Shown: piece after piece, positions 11,950 through 24,068 of the stretch | Layout of the letters: every line of letters starts with the position of its first letter | Position numbering within the stretch: the stretch's first letter is position 1 | DNA from: Dimorphilus gyrociliatus | Taxonomy: Eukaryota; Animalia; Annelida | Assembly (NCBI GenBank): GCA_904063045.1 | Contig: CAJFCJ010000014.1 | Coordinates: 496,001 to 560,000 of the forward strand | Direction: 5' to 3' | DNA length: 64,000 bases | Position numbers and translations under genes: made by a program | Notes under the pieces: model-generated | What the model was told of the DNA's origin: nothing | Seen by the model: the letters and a program-made list of their open reading frames with translations, nothing else | Database searches by the model: none

Positions 11950-13597
11950 GTAAGGTTTTATTAGCTTATTTCCCTGAATGATTTTGAATGGTTCAAGTTT
12001 TTTTTTTGGCTGCTAAAAATTTTTATGCCCAAAAGTATAAAAGAGCCATTCCGTTATTTTTACTTTAGCAACATGTAAATAACTATTACTAGAGATGTAA
12101 CAATGACATTGAAAAGGTATATAACAAGTTAATGTAATTAAGTATGAATTTTAAAACAAACAAGTAGCGGAGGCGTCTCTTCAATATCTTTTCAAAAGAA
12201 AGAGTAATAGAAATATAATTACAGTAGAAGACTATTCCCAGTGGTAATGCTATACAAGCATTTTAAATCCCTCTCCTATTTAGATTTATAGGTATAGGTA
12301 TAAAACGTTTTTTAAAAAAACACGCTATGATCTATTATATGATGCGGAAGTAACTATATTGTTTTCATAACCTCTACTTTCGTTTTTGTACACGATCAAG
12401 GAAGTTTTCAAACAGACAGCTTTTTTTCTTTCCTTCATAGTTTTTCATAGTTTAAGTTTACTTTCGTAAAGTAATTAGTGAGCTTACAAGAAAACAGTTA
12501 GATTTTAGATATATGCCTAATTCAAAACAAACGTTAAAAATTAAAACTTCTATCTTCTATATCTTTTCGTAATGCATTCTACAGAAATATGCCAATTATT
12601 TTTTATGAATAATTTAATTAATTAAATCCCACTTACATTAAAAGACAAATATGTAATAAATAAATAAGAACATCTAAAAAGACGGCACACTCATTAAATA
12701 ACGATACAAAAACTCTTTAACAATCAATACTTCTTTTAGTACAAAGCAATAAATATATCAAAAGACAGTTTTAGTAGAGTAATTCATTCTAGCCAATTTG
12801 AAATTTGATACATTTTCTATTCAATAACTAGAGAATTTTCAGAATTATCCAACAAACTCAGATTCTTATGGAGATTTTCTAATTTGTCAAGGGAGTGAGT
12901 AAAATCCCTTAGGTCAGTTTCCTTGAGATTGTCTGACTCCATCTATTACAGTAAAACACTTTTTTTTTAAATTTTAAATCAGTATATAGTCAAAACACAT
13001 GTATTTTAAAATTAACCTGTAACAAACGAAAGATACCAACATCATGAAAAGGGTCAAAAGATTGTTTTAAGTAGCTTGAAATATTGAAATTGAAATCTCT
13101 TCCATCAATCATCTATAAGCAAATTAAAAAAAAAGAAATATTAAGCCAACTACCTCTCAAAGAGGAAAAAAGAGAATACTTTAAGAAGTTCAAGTAGCAT
13201 ATTAAACTGAGCTTTAGAACCAAAATAGCTAAGATGCTTTATAGTTGATGCCATTTTTTCTTTTTCCCTCTCATCAATGTCCTGATATTTAAAAAAAACC
13301 GTTGTAAACTATTAAGTATAAAAGAAGAATAAGTTATTATTTTATTAACCTTATCTGACGTATCAAAGTTATAATTATCCGCGGCAATGATTCTGAAAGA
13401 AGGATAAAGTAAATATTTATAAATCATAGTTGCCTACTTTTTAGTGTATGTCTTACTTATTCCAAGTGGCATCTGGTAGTATTTTTCGAATGTCCCTTCC
13501 ACAAACAGCTTTTAAATCAGTTGGAGATTTTACAACAACTAAGAAAGTAATGATAAAGAACTAGGTTATTATACTAATTATATTGGGTTAATTAAAG

Positions 13598-14770
13598 TCA
13601 CCAACATATTATCGTTTTCTTAAATCTGTATGAATCAGGGTGAGGTATAGACGGATAAAAAGTTGTTAAGTCGTCCAAAGGCATCAATTCTACAGTTCTT
13701 TTACCAAAATTCCAAGATAACGCCGCAAATTTTATACGCAGGGTAGCATTTATTTGCAAAAATAATGGCACTCTTACTTGTCCTTCTCCTCGTCCAACAG
13801 AATGGACTTCGATATAGAAACTATGATCTTCTTTATTCGTTTCATAAGTTGAGTCTAACATTTTGATTAATGCTGGTTTATAAGCAGCAAAATCCTTTAA
13901 TAAGTATAGCATATTCTGAAAGACAAAACGTTTATTAATTTAATACTGATATTAGTATAGTTATAAATACGATAGTATACTGTATGTAATTTAAAAGAAA
14001 CGCTAGATTTCTTTTCTTTTAATCGCAAAACTTACCCCTTGAAGATCGTAAAAGGTACTCCATACTTTTGGATTTAGACGGGAAACTTGACTCAAGTCTA
14101 TTGGAGAAGTATCGTCGGCTTCGCTGCTCGATGATATTTCTAAAGGTGCTTCACCACCACTGTAAGAAAAATCCTCCATTTTTGAGTCGCGTTGTAATAG
14201 CGATACCGGTACTTTTTGAACACTGGGACGGCTATGACAATCCGATTGACTATCTGAAATAATGTGAACCATTTCTGGCAGTTTTCCGTTAAAATGAGAC
14301 GATGACGATTGATGTTCAGGTTGTAACTTTTCAGGTTTGTCTTCAAAAGAAGAATCAAAGCCAGAAGTTTTTGATATATTCTTGAGGTCATTCCCGTCCG
14401 GTGAATCAGTCCTCTCAAGGCTTCCTGGTCGATTTTTCCGCTTTACAAATTGGAGTAATTCAGGTCGATTTCTCAAAAAATTTTCGTTTTGAAATTCTTT
14501 GAAATTTTCTCGATTTTTTTTATATAAACCAATATTAACTTTTCGAAAACCGTATAAGTTAAGTTGTCGGATAAATGAGCTAACTTGACGTGCTTGAAAC
14601 AATCCGCCTACCCTCATGTATTGTTTTTCAAATTCCTCCGTATTTAAGCAGATTCTATCACCTTCCTTCGACCAGCTAATTGCCCCACTTCGACAATTAT
14701 TCACTAGTGACCATAGCTTCTCCGGGAATTTACCTTTATAGAAAGAGCTATCCTGATAGCCGGAATTCAT
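13598..14770 (-). CDS. HSF-family DNA-binding-domain protein (HSF5/HSFX-Y-like, no HR-A/B), two coding exons
   Basis: KFPEKLWSLVN...ISWSKEG...F...SSFIRQLNLYGFRKV...FQNENFLRNRPELLQFVKRK is an HSF DBD. The donor after LQG (gtaagt, ~14035) splices in phase 0 to NMLYLLKDF at ~13915 (the 13598-13912 ORF). The first in-exon ATG is at 14770; an upstream exon is possible. Confidence 0.85.
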
Positions 14771-15179
14771 TCGGGAGCGGTTGCAGCCTGATATTAAATT
14801 AACGATATTATATAAATTTATTGAAAAATACAAACAATATATATTTTTTATAGATAATTAACCTCTAATCATCATTAAAATCTAATTAAAAACTGGAAAT
14901 CTGGAAAAAGGCAAGTTCAGGCACGTTTTCTGTCCAGGGTGAAAGATTTTTTTATCATGTATCTGTGACCAATGGACGCGTATGAAGATGCTGGAGTATT
15001 ACGTCACCACCAGATAGTCTTATTATAATATTTCTTTTTTATCAATAATTAAAAAATTTTTCTAATAAATTATTAGTATAATTATTTTTTCATTTCGCTT
15101 TTTAATTTTTACGCTTAACAAAATGTAAAAAAGATTTGTAATAATTAACAAAAGTGCTTTAATACTTTAGAAATTCTAT

Positions 15180-15236
15180 GGCGCGAAAAGAATATTCTTG
15201 AAAATAGCGCCACCTAAGTGTGGGAATTTTCGCGCC
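15180..15236. promoter_or_regulatory. 57-bp module: E2F site, perfect 3-unit heat-shock element, CTCF-like motif, inverted E2F site
   Basis: GGCGCGAAAA (15180-15189) and its exact reverse complement TTTTCGCGCC (15227-15236). aGAAt-aTTCt-tGAAa at 15189-15203. TAGCGCCACCTA at 15205-15216. The module lies about 410-470 bp upstream of the HSF-like ATG. Confidence 0.45.
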
Positions 15237-17195
15237 TTGGATGAAATACGGCTAATCTCGAACTTATTTTCTGTAATTAAGAATGTTTAAGGAAATTAAA
15301 TTAAATTTTGTCAATAAGATTTAATATAAAAACTAATCAATTATATAATTCAATGAATTTGTAAACATTCAAGTAATTTTTACGTCATTAATTTAATGTA
15401 ATTTGATATCTTCCGTGATTGTAAATAGTCCTTAAATATTTTATCTTTTTTGTTAGATTAAGCCTCGTTTTAAAGTTTCGAAGTTATATTAGTCGTATTA
15501 TTTAGAAATATATTCATTAATATTTCGAAATATTTAGATTTTATCAACTATTAGATAATGTTTTAAAAGTCAAAATACATTCAGTAAGCGGTCGTCTCCA
15601 ACGAAAATAACAATCTATTTAGGACAAATAGAGTCGGAAGTGCTGGAAGAATTTTTGGACAGGAAGGAAAAGAAAACCAAATAGCAAGAGTAAGAATATC
15701 GGTATCAATAAAATACAACGGGAATAACAAAAGCATAATACTAGTCAAATAGGGACAGAAAATGGATGAGAAAAAAGCAAGCAAAGTGATAGAATGGATC
15801 AAACGAACAATATAGATTTAATCGTTTAAAAATAGAAGAAAAGGAACAAGAAAAAACAGAGAAGAAGGGAAGTACAAAAATCTAGAAAGTGTGCTAAAAA
15901 TAAGAACTCTTTCATTTATCAATAATCTATTAATTAATCTTAAATTTGTATTAGAAGAGAAAGATAAATATTGATAAATAATATTTCTCCTCTATAATAT
16001 TTAAATGAATAATGAAAACATTAGCTTAACAAAAAAGGCTTAGTTAATTCGAAAGAAAATTATTTTATAATTAGTTTATTCAAAACGTTAAAGATAGTAT
16101 TACAAATATTTTGAAGTTTTATGCATATAAATATGTTTCTCATTATTATTAATTATGTAAATATTAGCTTTTTAAAGAGTTTTTCACTTATTAGATATCA
16201 ATTTATCTCGGATAAAGTATAGTTATGTTTTAAACCCTTTCATCTCCAGCCTAAATATAGTCTAAGTAGTTTTTTTTCTTAAAAATATTAAAAAGAAAGG
16301 AAAAGTTGAATCAAACTGAAACTATAAGTCTTTAACCTTAGTGTGGGAAATTTTAACGCTTTAAAACTATCCTATGTTACTTCAGTAATAAATTGTTAAT
16401 AGATATAAAAATTCTTCTAACATTTACCTGTAATATAAATATTATGGTGCTGTGTAAGAATGGAAGAAAAGATATAGAGAAAGAGAACAGCAGCCCAACA
16501 TATCTTACAAGTTAGAAACTTTAAAGTAATAAGTATGGTTATGTATTGTTTAATGTAAAGACGGATTTTCCTAAAATGCAGAACCATTCTCTAAATATAA
16601 GAGATAAGTCGTTTTTATAATTTGCAAAAATATTTTAATATAAGTTTAATAAAAGTCTTAAAGAACATTAATCTATTTTATCATTGGACTTTATTCTATT
16701 TTAAGCGTTTTTGGGGTAAAGATTCTTATTATTAAGGGTTTATACAGTATACAATCATAAACGCGCTTGTATACGGTATATATACTGTATATAATTTATC
16801 GTATTGCAATTCTAGCCCTTGCCCTGGTCTCAATTTTTATTTACTATCAAACTTTTGATGAAGGCAATAGAGTTTAAAATCTTTTGTACCTTTTTTCTCT
16901 CGAATTGCTCTAGTTGACTACTATTTAGCTATATTTGATAACTACACGGTAAAGAGCCATAATAACTAGGCCGAATAAACAATTCTAAGGTTGGTCCAAA
17001 ACTCAAAAAGTTATACAAAACAGAGAAAAGCAAAGGAGGCATGTTTTCTTTCAATTTACTAAAATAGATGCTATACTAAAATTTTCTTTAGCCATTTGTT
17101 TACGTTAAAGGAAAAACCACAACAAATTTCAACATTAAATACTACGTATAACAGCAATAAAGGAAAATAGTTAAATTTTTTATGAGACTCCGGGA

Positions 17196-20193
17196 TCAAT
17201 CTATTCGTTTTGAAATATAGTATTAAAAATATCTACAATACGCCTGACGCCTGACGCCTACATGGTGCGACACGCCATGACAGTTCCGTAATGAAACATT
17301 ATTAAAGTTATATGGGTTTTTAGACGGCTCCCTAGTAACATAATTACGGATAAAACTCAAAAATAGGATAAAATAAACTGGGAAGAAAACATTTGAAACA
17401 TTTTCTTGAAGAAAGGTAGGTCATTTGTATATAAATTTAATGTTGGTTTATTAAATATATACCATAGTATTAATGGCTTATATTCCAATTTGAACAGTTA
17501 CTTAAAAAGATTTGTCTTCTTGCACAGACTTGATGAACTCGGAAAATCATCGTTCTATATCAAACGTTGCTTCAATATAGCCATAGGAATAGTGCAATTA
17601 TGAATATCTTATTTATAAAATTGTTAATTCTGTTTAGCATTGTACATCGGGCAGACCAGGAAGGTTTGTTTTCTTTTTACATAATCAACTACGCTTTCAT
17701 AACGCTCTTTATATTTTTTTATTTACTAGAATGCATTAAAAAGAATGGAGGAAGAGAATATGTGATAATGTTTAATAGTATGGGGTCACAAACCAATCCA
17801 GTTGAACTAGCGGGGCAAGAGTTAACTGTTGTCAATTTTAAATCAAGCTTGCAGCGCGTTCAAATCGCTAATTCTCCACTTTTGAATACACAAATTAATA
17901 AAGATGCGATTGTATCTAATACGTTCTCTAGCAATATAACAATTGATGAAAATATAAGAGGGGACGTTGACGAATCATCAAGTGAGCTGAAACTATTCTT
18001 TATTTCAGAACATATTCTTAATTTGCCAAAATCCTCTATTTTGATAGATCATGTTACGGACAACAAGGCTGTTATCGTACAAGGAACAACTACGTCAGTA
18101 GATAATTATATGGTCTTTGGTTTGAATTTTGCCGATAGAAACTGTGAAGGTTTTCAAGCCATTCCAGCTTCAGCGTTAGGCAACTTGTAAGTTATATTAG
18201 AACCATTAACAACATCACATATTAACGTAACAATGATTCTAAAATTAATAGTTATATGGCTTTCGGTTGGTTGCCTGACGGTGATGGTAGATTTGAAATA
18301 GGGTTAGCTGCAATTGAAGATAACACATTAATTTTCCTCGAATTTCAAAATGAAACTGGTATCGAATTAACAATTGACGGAACGTTAATTAGTGATAAAA
18401 CCGTGCTGGATAAGACCTTGCAATTGAATAAATTTCAAACAGCTAGAATAATGTCTTCAAGTGATTTATCAGGAACAAGAATGTTCTCTGAAAAGAAATT
18501 TGCCGTCTTCAGCGGGAACGATGATGTTTTGGTCGGCAATACTTTTGACTATTTTGGACATTTAGTAGAACAAATTCCACCACAAGAAGCTTGGGGTGAA
18601 GTCTTCATCTACGCAGGTAATAATTGCTTCAACATCCTAAATGGATATATAGATATATTAATATATATGTACTCTGTTTTCCGTATAGTTCCAAAACCGG
18701 TTACGGCAAGTCCTATTCTCAAATTCTTGGTTGAGTATAACAATACATGGGTAAACATCACTGGAAAAGAGTCAATTCTCGTTGAACGAGCTGGTGGTAG
18801 AACAGATCAAAATATAGACAGTTTAAAAGTACCCATAGGCACTGGCACAATCATTAGAGCAAGTGACATTAGTCTTGGAGGTGTATTTTATCAATCTGGA
18901 AGTTTCGATTTGGATGAAGAACATGGGTAAAAAATACTACTTTTTTTTGTAGAATATTTAGTATACCTTATAAAGAACGTATACTGTATATTCCTCTTTT
19001 TTTACTTTTTTAGATTGGACCCAGCTTTTAGTATTTTGCCACCAGTTAGACAATATCGATCAAAATATGTATTTTCACCTCACTTGCATGAACACTTCAA
19101 ATCCTATGCTACAATTTGGATACCTACAAATCAGATAAGTTCTATAAGATTGGATGGAACGGTAAATCTAATTGCTGAATTCAATTAGCTCAACATTTGA
19201 TTCGAAAATATTTTAGACACCAAGCTATATGGATACATGGACAAAGATAGATGATTCCGAAGGAGAATATGATTATTCATTTAACACTATAGAATTAACA
19301 CCTGAAGCTCATACTCTTGAATCTACTACCAACACGAATTTTGGAGCTTTGTTGTTAGGAACATACTACGATGTGGATTCTGAAGAATCGTGTACATACG
19401 CTTACCCCATTGGGCAATGTTATAACCATGAAAATGAAACAATACAATTTGACGTAACTTTGGTAAGTACCTACTTTTTTATAAAGAATTATAGGTTATA
19501 TAAAATATTTAAGGAATAAGTAGTCAGATATGTGACATCACTATCACTTTCCTTAAATATTAATTTATATGTCTATGGCCGGGAATTCATTTAATTTACT
19601 TGCTTTAAGAGTTAATATAGAATAGATTAAGTAACAATGATATTAATTAATAGCTTGCAATGGTTGCTTTAGCTATAATGAAAAACATAAACTTTCTTCC
19701 CTTTATTGAAATTTCTCTTTTAAAATAAAATCAGATAAAAATTACTCTAATAATAACACAAAAAAACAAAAGATATACAAGTACAAAAGCTTAAAAATAC
19801 TATACTATGACTTTATTGGCCAATCTCAACAAATTAGTGATATTGGACTTGTTAAAAACTTCTTAATAATATAATCAATTTAAAAGCGACGCTGCCTGCT
19901 CCTCTTATCTAATGTTAACGTCTAGCGAGCTTTTAAAAAAAATGGGCGCATGGATTTAACTAAGTTTAGATGTTGTACGGATTGTGATTGGACTCTTTAA
20001 AATAATCGGTCGTTTTTGATGCAATAACTTTCAGCCAACTCTACCACCTTTACCAGTGCAATCCACTACAAAAGGAACAACAGCTCCAATCCAGACAACA
20101 ACTCTGGTCACCACTAAAATAACTACAGATTTAGATACTTCAACTGATATGAGTAGTACAGCTATGCTTAGTACAACCGGACAACTGTCAACT
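17196..20193 (+). repeat. Segmental tandem duplication, copy A (~3.0 kb; partner 21078-24068)
   Basis: Near-identical to copy B at a constant 3875-bp offset after the first ~90 bp. The ORF pairs 17567/21442, 18256/22131 and 19229/23104 share this offset. Confidence 0.97.
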
Positions 20194-20235
20194 GCAATTA
20201 TGAATATCCTATTTATAAAATTATTAACTGATTAA
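17600..20235 (+). CDS. Short secreted IgGFc-binding (FCGBP N-terminal) domain protein; truncated mucin paralog
   Basis: Exons 17600-17663, 17730-18186, 18252-18616, 18689-18926, 19014-19161, 19217-19462, 20035-20235 join in frame. It has a signal peptide MNILFIKLLILFSIV and IgGFc_binding motifs GREYVIMF, GFQAIPASALG, AIEDNT, SDLSGTRMFSEKKFAVFSGN, HLVEQIPPQEAWG and DPAFSILPPVRQY. The protein ends ...TGQLST-AIMNILFIKLLTD*. Confidence 0.75.
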
Positions 20236-21077
20236 ACAAGAGTATTCAATGCAATTTAGTTAATACCAGAAATAAACTTCTTCATAATATTAGGAAAAAT
20301 GACTACTTGCTTGCCATATAATGTCCTTTTGCACTTCTATCTTATTGCCTTTCAAGGATTGGTTTTATACTTCTTTCTTCCCTATATTTGCCGCATTACG
20401 AGTTTATACAAATTTAGCTTAAGTGTATAACTATCCTTTTTTTTTCTTACGTAATATGTAAAGAGCGGACTATTTATACTAGCATTCTACTTGAAAAGAG
20501 CGCCTTCGTTTAAGTTTGTTTAAGTCTTGGATAAGGCGATTAGGTTTTTGAAATCTCGCCTCTAATTATTTTAGAATTATCGAGCTTGTTCCGCATAGTT
20601 CAACTATTCTACTATTAAAAAAAGGCAAGTCTATCTATAGCCTCTTCTATAGAAATCTATTACGGATACATTTACATACTAGCCAAAGTTTGTTCGTTAT
20701 AGAAAAATTCACTCAATCATTTTATAAATAAAAATATGGTGTTGAAAAGAAAAAGTTTTCCAAGGTTATGTTTGAGGAAATTGTTAAATATGGACTTGAG
20801 ACGAGTAGGCTAAACTTTTAAAATGATAGAGTAATTTTCACAAACTATTATACATTCAGTTGACGATGTTAGTTGTTAAAAATTTCTCAAAATGAAAAGA
20901 CCTATAGATAAACCTATGTATACCGCCCCCTCCCTTACTCTATCCTTATATTTGTCACCTCACAACATTCTTAAAGAATGAATATGAAAGAACTGACATG
21001 AAAGACTTGCATTTAATCAATTCTACTAACTAAAACTTATTGTATGACTCAGGGCCTTTCATATTGAATGGCGCGGT

Positions 21078-24068
21078 TCAATCTATTCGTTTTGAAATAG
21101 AGTATTGAAAATATCTACAATACGCCTGTCGCCTGCCCGGTTCACCCCGCCCTGATAGTTGAGTAATGAAAGATTATTAAAGTTATATGGGTTTTTAGAC
21201 GGCTCCCTAGTAACATAATTACGGATAAAACTCAAAAATAGGATAAAATAAACTGGGGAGAAAAAATTTGAAACATTTTCTTGAAGAAAGGTAGGTCATT
21301 TGTATATAAATTTAATTTTGGTTTATTAAATATATACCATAGTATTAATGGCTTATATTCCAATTTGAACAGTTACTTAAAAAGATTTGTCTTCTTGCAC
21401 AGACTTGATGAACTCGGAAAATCATCGTTCTATATCAAACGTTGCTTCAATATAGCCATAGGAATAGTGCAATTATGAATATCTTATTTATAAAATTGTT
21501 AATTCTGTTTAGCATTGTACATCGGGCAGACCAGGAAGGTTTGTTTTCTTTTTACATAATCAACTACGCTTTCATAACGCTCTTTATATTTTTTTATTTA
21601 CTAGAATGCATTAAAAAGAATGGAGGAAGAGAATATGTGATAATGTTTAATAGTATGGGGTCACAAACCTCTCCAGTTGAACTAGCGGGGCAAGAGTTAA
21701 CTGTTGTCAATTTTAAATCAAGCTTGCAGCGCGTTCAAATCGCTAATTCTCCACTTTTGAATACACAAATTAATAAAGATGTGATTGTATCTAATACGTT
21801 CTCTAGCAATATAACAATTGATGAAAATATAAGAGGGGACGTTGACGAATCATTAGGTGAGCTGAAACTATTCTTTATTTCAGAACTTATTCTTAATTTG
21901 CCAAAATCCTCTCTTTTGATAGATCATGTTACGGACAACAAGGCTGTTATCGTACAAGGAACAACTACGTCAGTAGATAATTATATGGTCTTTGGTTTGA
22001 ATTTTGCCGATAGAAACTGTGAAGGTTTTCAAGCCATTCCAGCTTCAGCGTTAGGCAACTTGTAAGTTATATTTAAATCATTAATAACATCACATATTAA
22101 CGTAACAATGATTCTAAAATTAATAGTTATATGGCTTTCGGCTGGTGGCCTGACGGTGATGGTAGATTTGAAATAGGAATAGCTGCAATTGAAGATAACA
22201 CATTAATTTTCCTCGAATTTCAAAATGAAACTGGTATCGAATTAACAATTGACGGAACGTTAATTAGTGATAAAACCGTGCTGGATAAGACCTTGCAATT
22301 GAATAAATTTCAAACAGCTAGAATAATGTCTTCAAGTGATTTATCAGGAACAAGAATGTTCTCTGAAAAGAAATTTGCCGTCTTCAGCGGGAACGATGAT
22401 GTTTTGGTCGGCAATACTTTTGACTATTTTGGACATTTAGTAGAACAAATTCCACCACAAGAAGCTTGGGGTGAAGTCTTCATCTACGCAGGTAATAATT
22501 GCTTCAACATCCTAAATGGATATATAGATATATTAATATATAATGACTCTGTTTTCCGTATAGTTCCAAAACCGGTTACGGCAAGTCCTATTCTCAAATT
22601 CTTGGTTGAGTATAACAATACATGGGTAAACATCACTGGAAAAGAGTCAATTCTCGTTGAACGAGCTGGTGGTAGAACAGATCAAAATATAGAAAGTTTA
22701 AAAGTACCCATAGGCACTGGCACAATCATTAGAGCAAGTGACATTAGTCTTGGAGGTGTATTTTATCAATCTGGAAGTTTCGATTTGGATGAAGAACATG
22801 GGTAAAAAATACTACTTTTTTTTGTAGAATATTTAGTATACCTTATAAAGAACGTATACTGTATATTCCTCTTTTTTTGCTTTTTTAGATTGGACCCAGC
22901 TTTTAGTATTTTGCCACCAGTTAGACAATATCGATCAAAATATGTATTTTCACCTCACTTGCATGAACACTTCAAATCCTATGCTACAATTTGGATACCT
23001 ACAAATCAGATAAGTTCTATAAGATTGGATGGAACGGTAAATCTAATTGCTGAATTCAATTAGCTCAACATTTGATTCGAAAATATTTTAGACACCAAGC
23101 TATATGGATACATGGACAAAGATAGATGATTCCGAAGGAGAATATGATTATTCATTTAACACTATAGAATTAACACCTGAAGCTCATACTCTTGAATCTA
23201 CTACCAACACGAATTTTGGAGCTTTGTTGTTAGGAACATACTACGATGTGGATTCTGAAGAATCGTGTACATACGCTTACCCCATTGGGCAATGTTATAA
23301 CCATGAAAATGAAACAATACAATTTGACGTAACTTTGGTAAGTACCTACTTTTTTATAAAGAATTATAGGTTATATAAAATATTTAAGGAATAAGTAGTC
23401 AGATATGTGACATCACTATCACTTTCCTTAAATATTAATTTATATGTCTATGGCCGGGAATTCATTTAATTTACTTGCTTTAAGAGTTAATATAGAATAG
23501 ATTAAGTAACAATGATATTAATTAATAGCTTGCAATGGTTGCTTTAGCTATAATGAAAAACATAAACTTTCTTCCCTTTATTGAAATTTCTCTTTTAAAA
23601 TAAAATCAGATAAAAATTACTCTAATAATAACACAAAAAAACAAAAGATATACAAGTACAAAAGCTTAAAAATACTATACTATGACTTTATTGGCCAATC
23701 TCAACAAATTAGTGATATTGGACTTGTTAAAAACTTCTTAATAATATAATCAATTTAAAAGCGACGCTGCCTGCTCCTCTTATCTAATGTTAACGTCTAG
23801 CGAGCTTTTAAAAAAAATGGGCGCATGGATTTAACTAAGTTTAGATGTTGTACGGATTGTGATTGGACTCTTTAAAATAATCGGTCGTTTTTGATGCAAT
23901 AACTTTCAGCCAACTCTACCACCTTTACCAGTGCAATCCACTACAAAAGGAACAACAGCTCCAATCCAAACAACAACTCCGGTCACCACTAAAAAAACTA
24001 CAAGTTTAGATACTTCAACTGATATGAGTAGTACAGCTATGCTTAGTACAACCGAACAATTGTCAACT
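21078..24068 (+). repeat. Segmental tandem duplication, copy B
   Basis: Matches 17196-20193. Homology starts at tcaatctattcg and ends at gtcaact. Confidence 0.97.

Noticed and set aside
15581-15802. Purine-rich stretch with a weak resemblance to a decayed retroelement ORF1 on the + strand (TKITIYLGQIESEVLEEFL)
   Set aside because: Too short, with no RT, integrase, LTR or TSD evidence.
17406-17603. 65-aa ORFs at 17406 and 21281 upstream of the FCGBP-like genes
   Set aside because: No recognisable motif and they start at TTG. They appear twice only because of the duplication.
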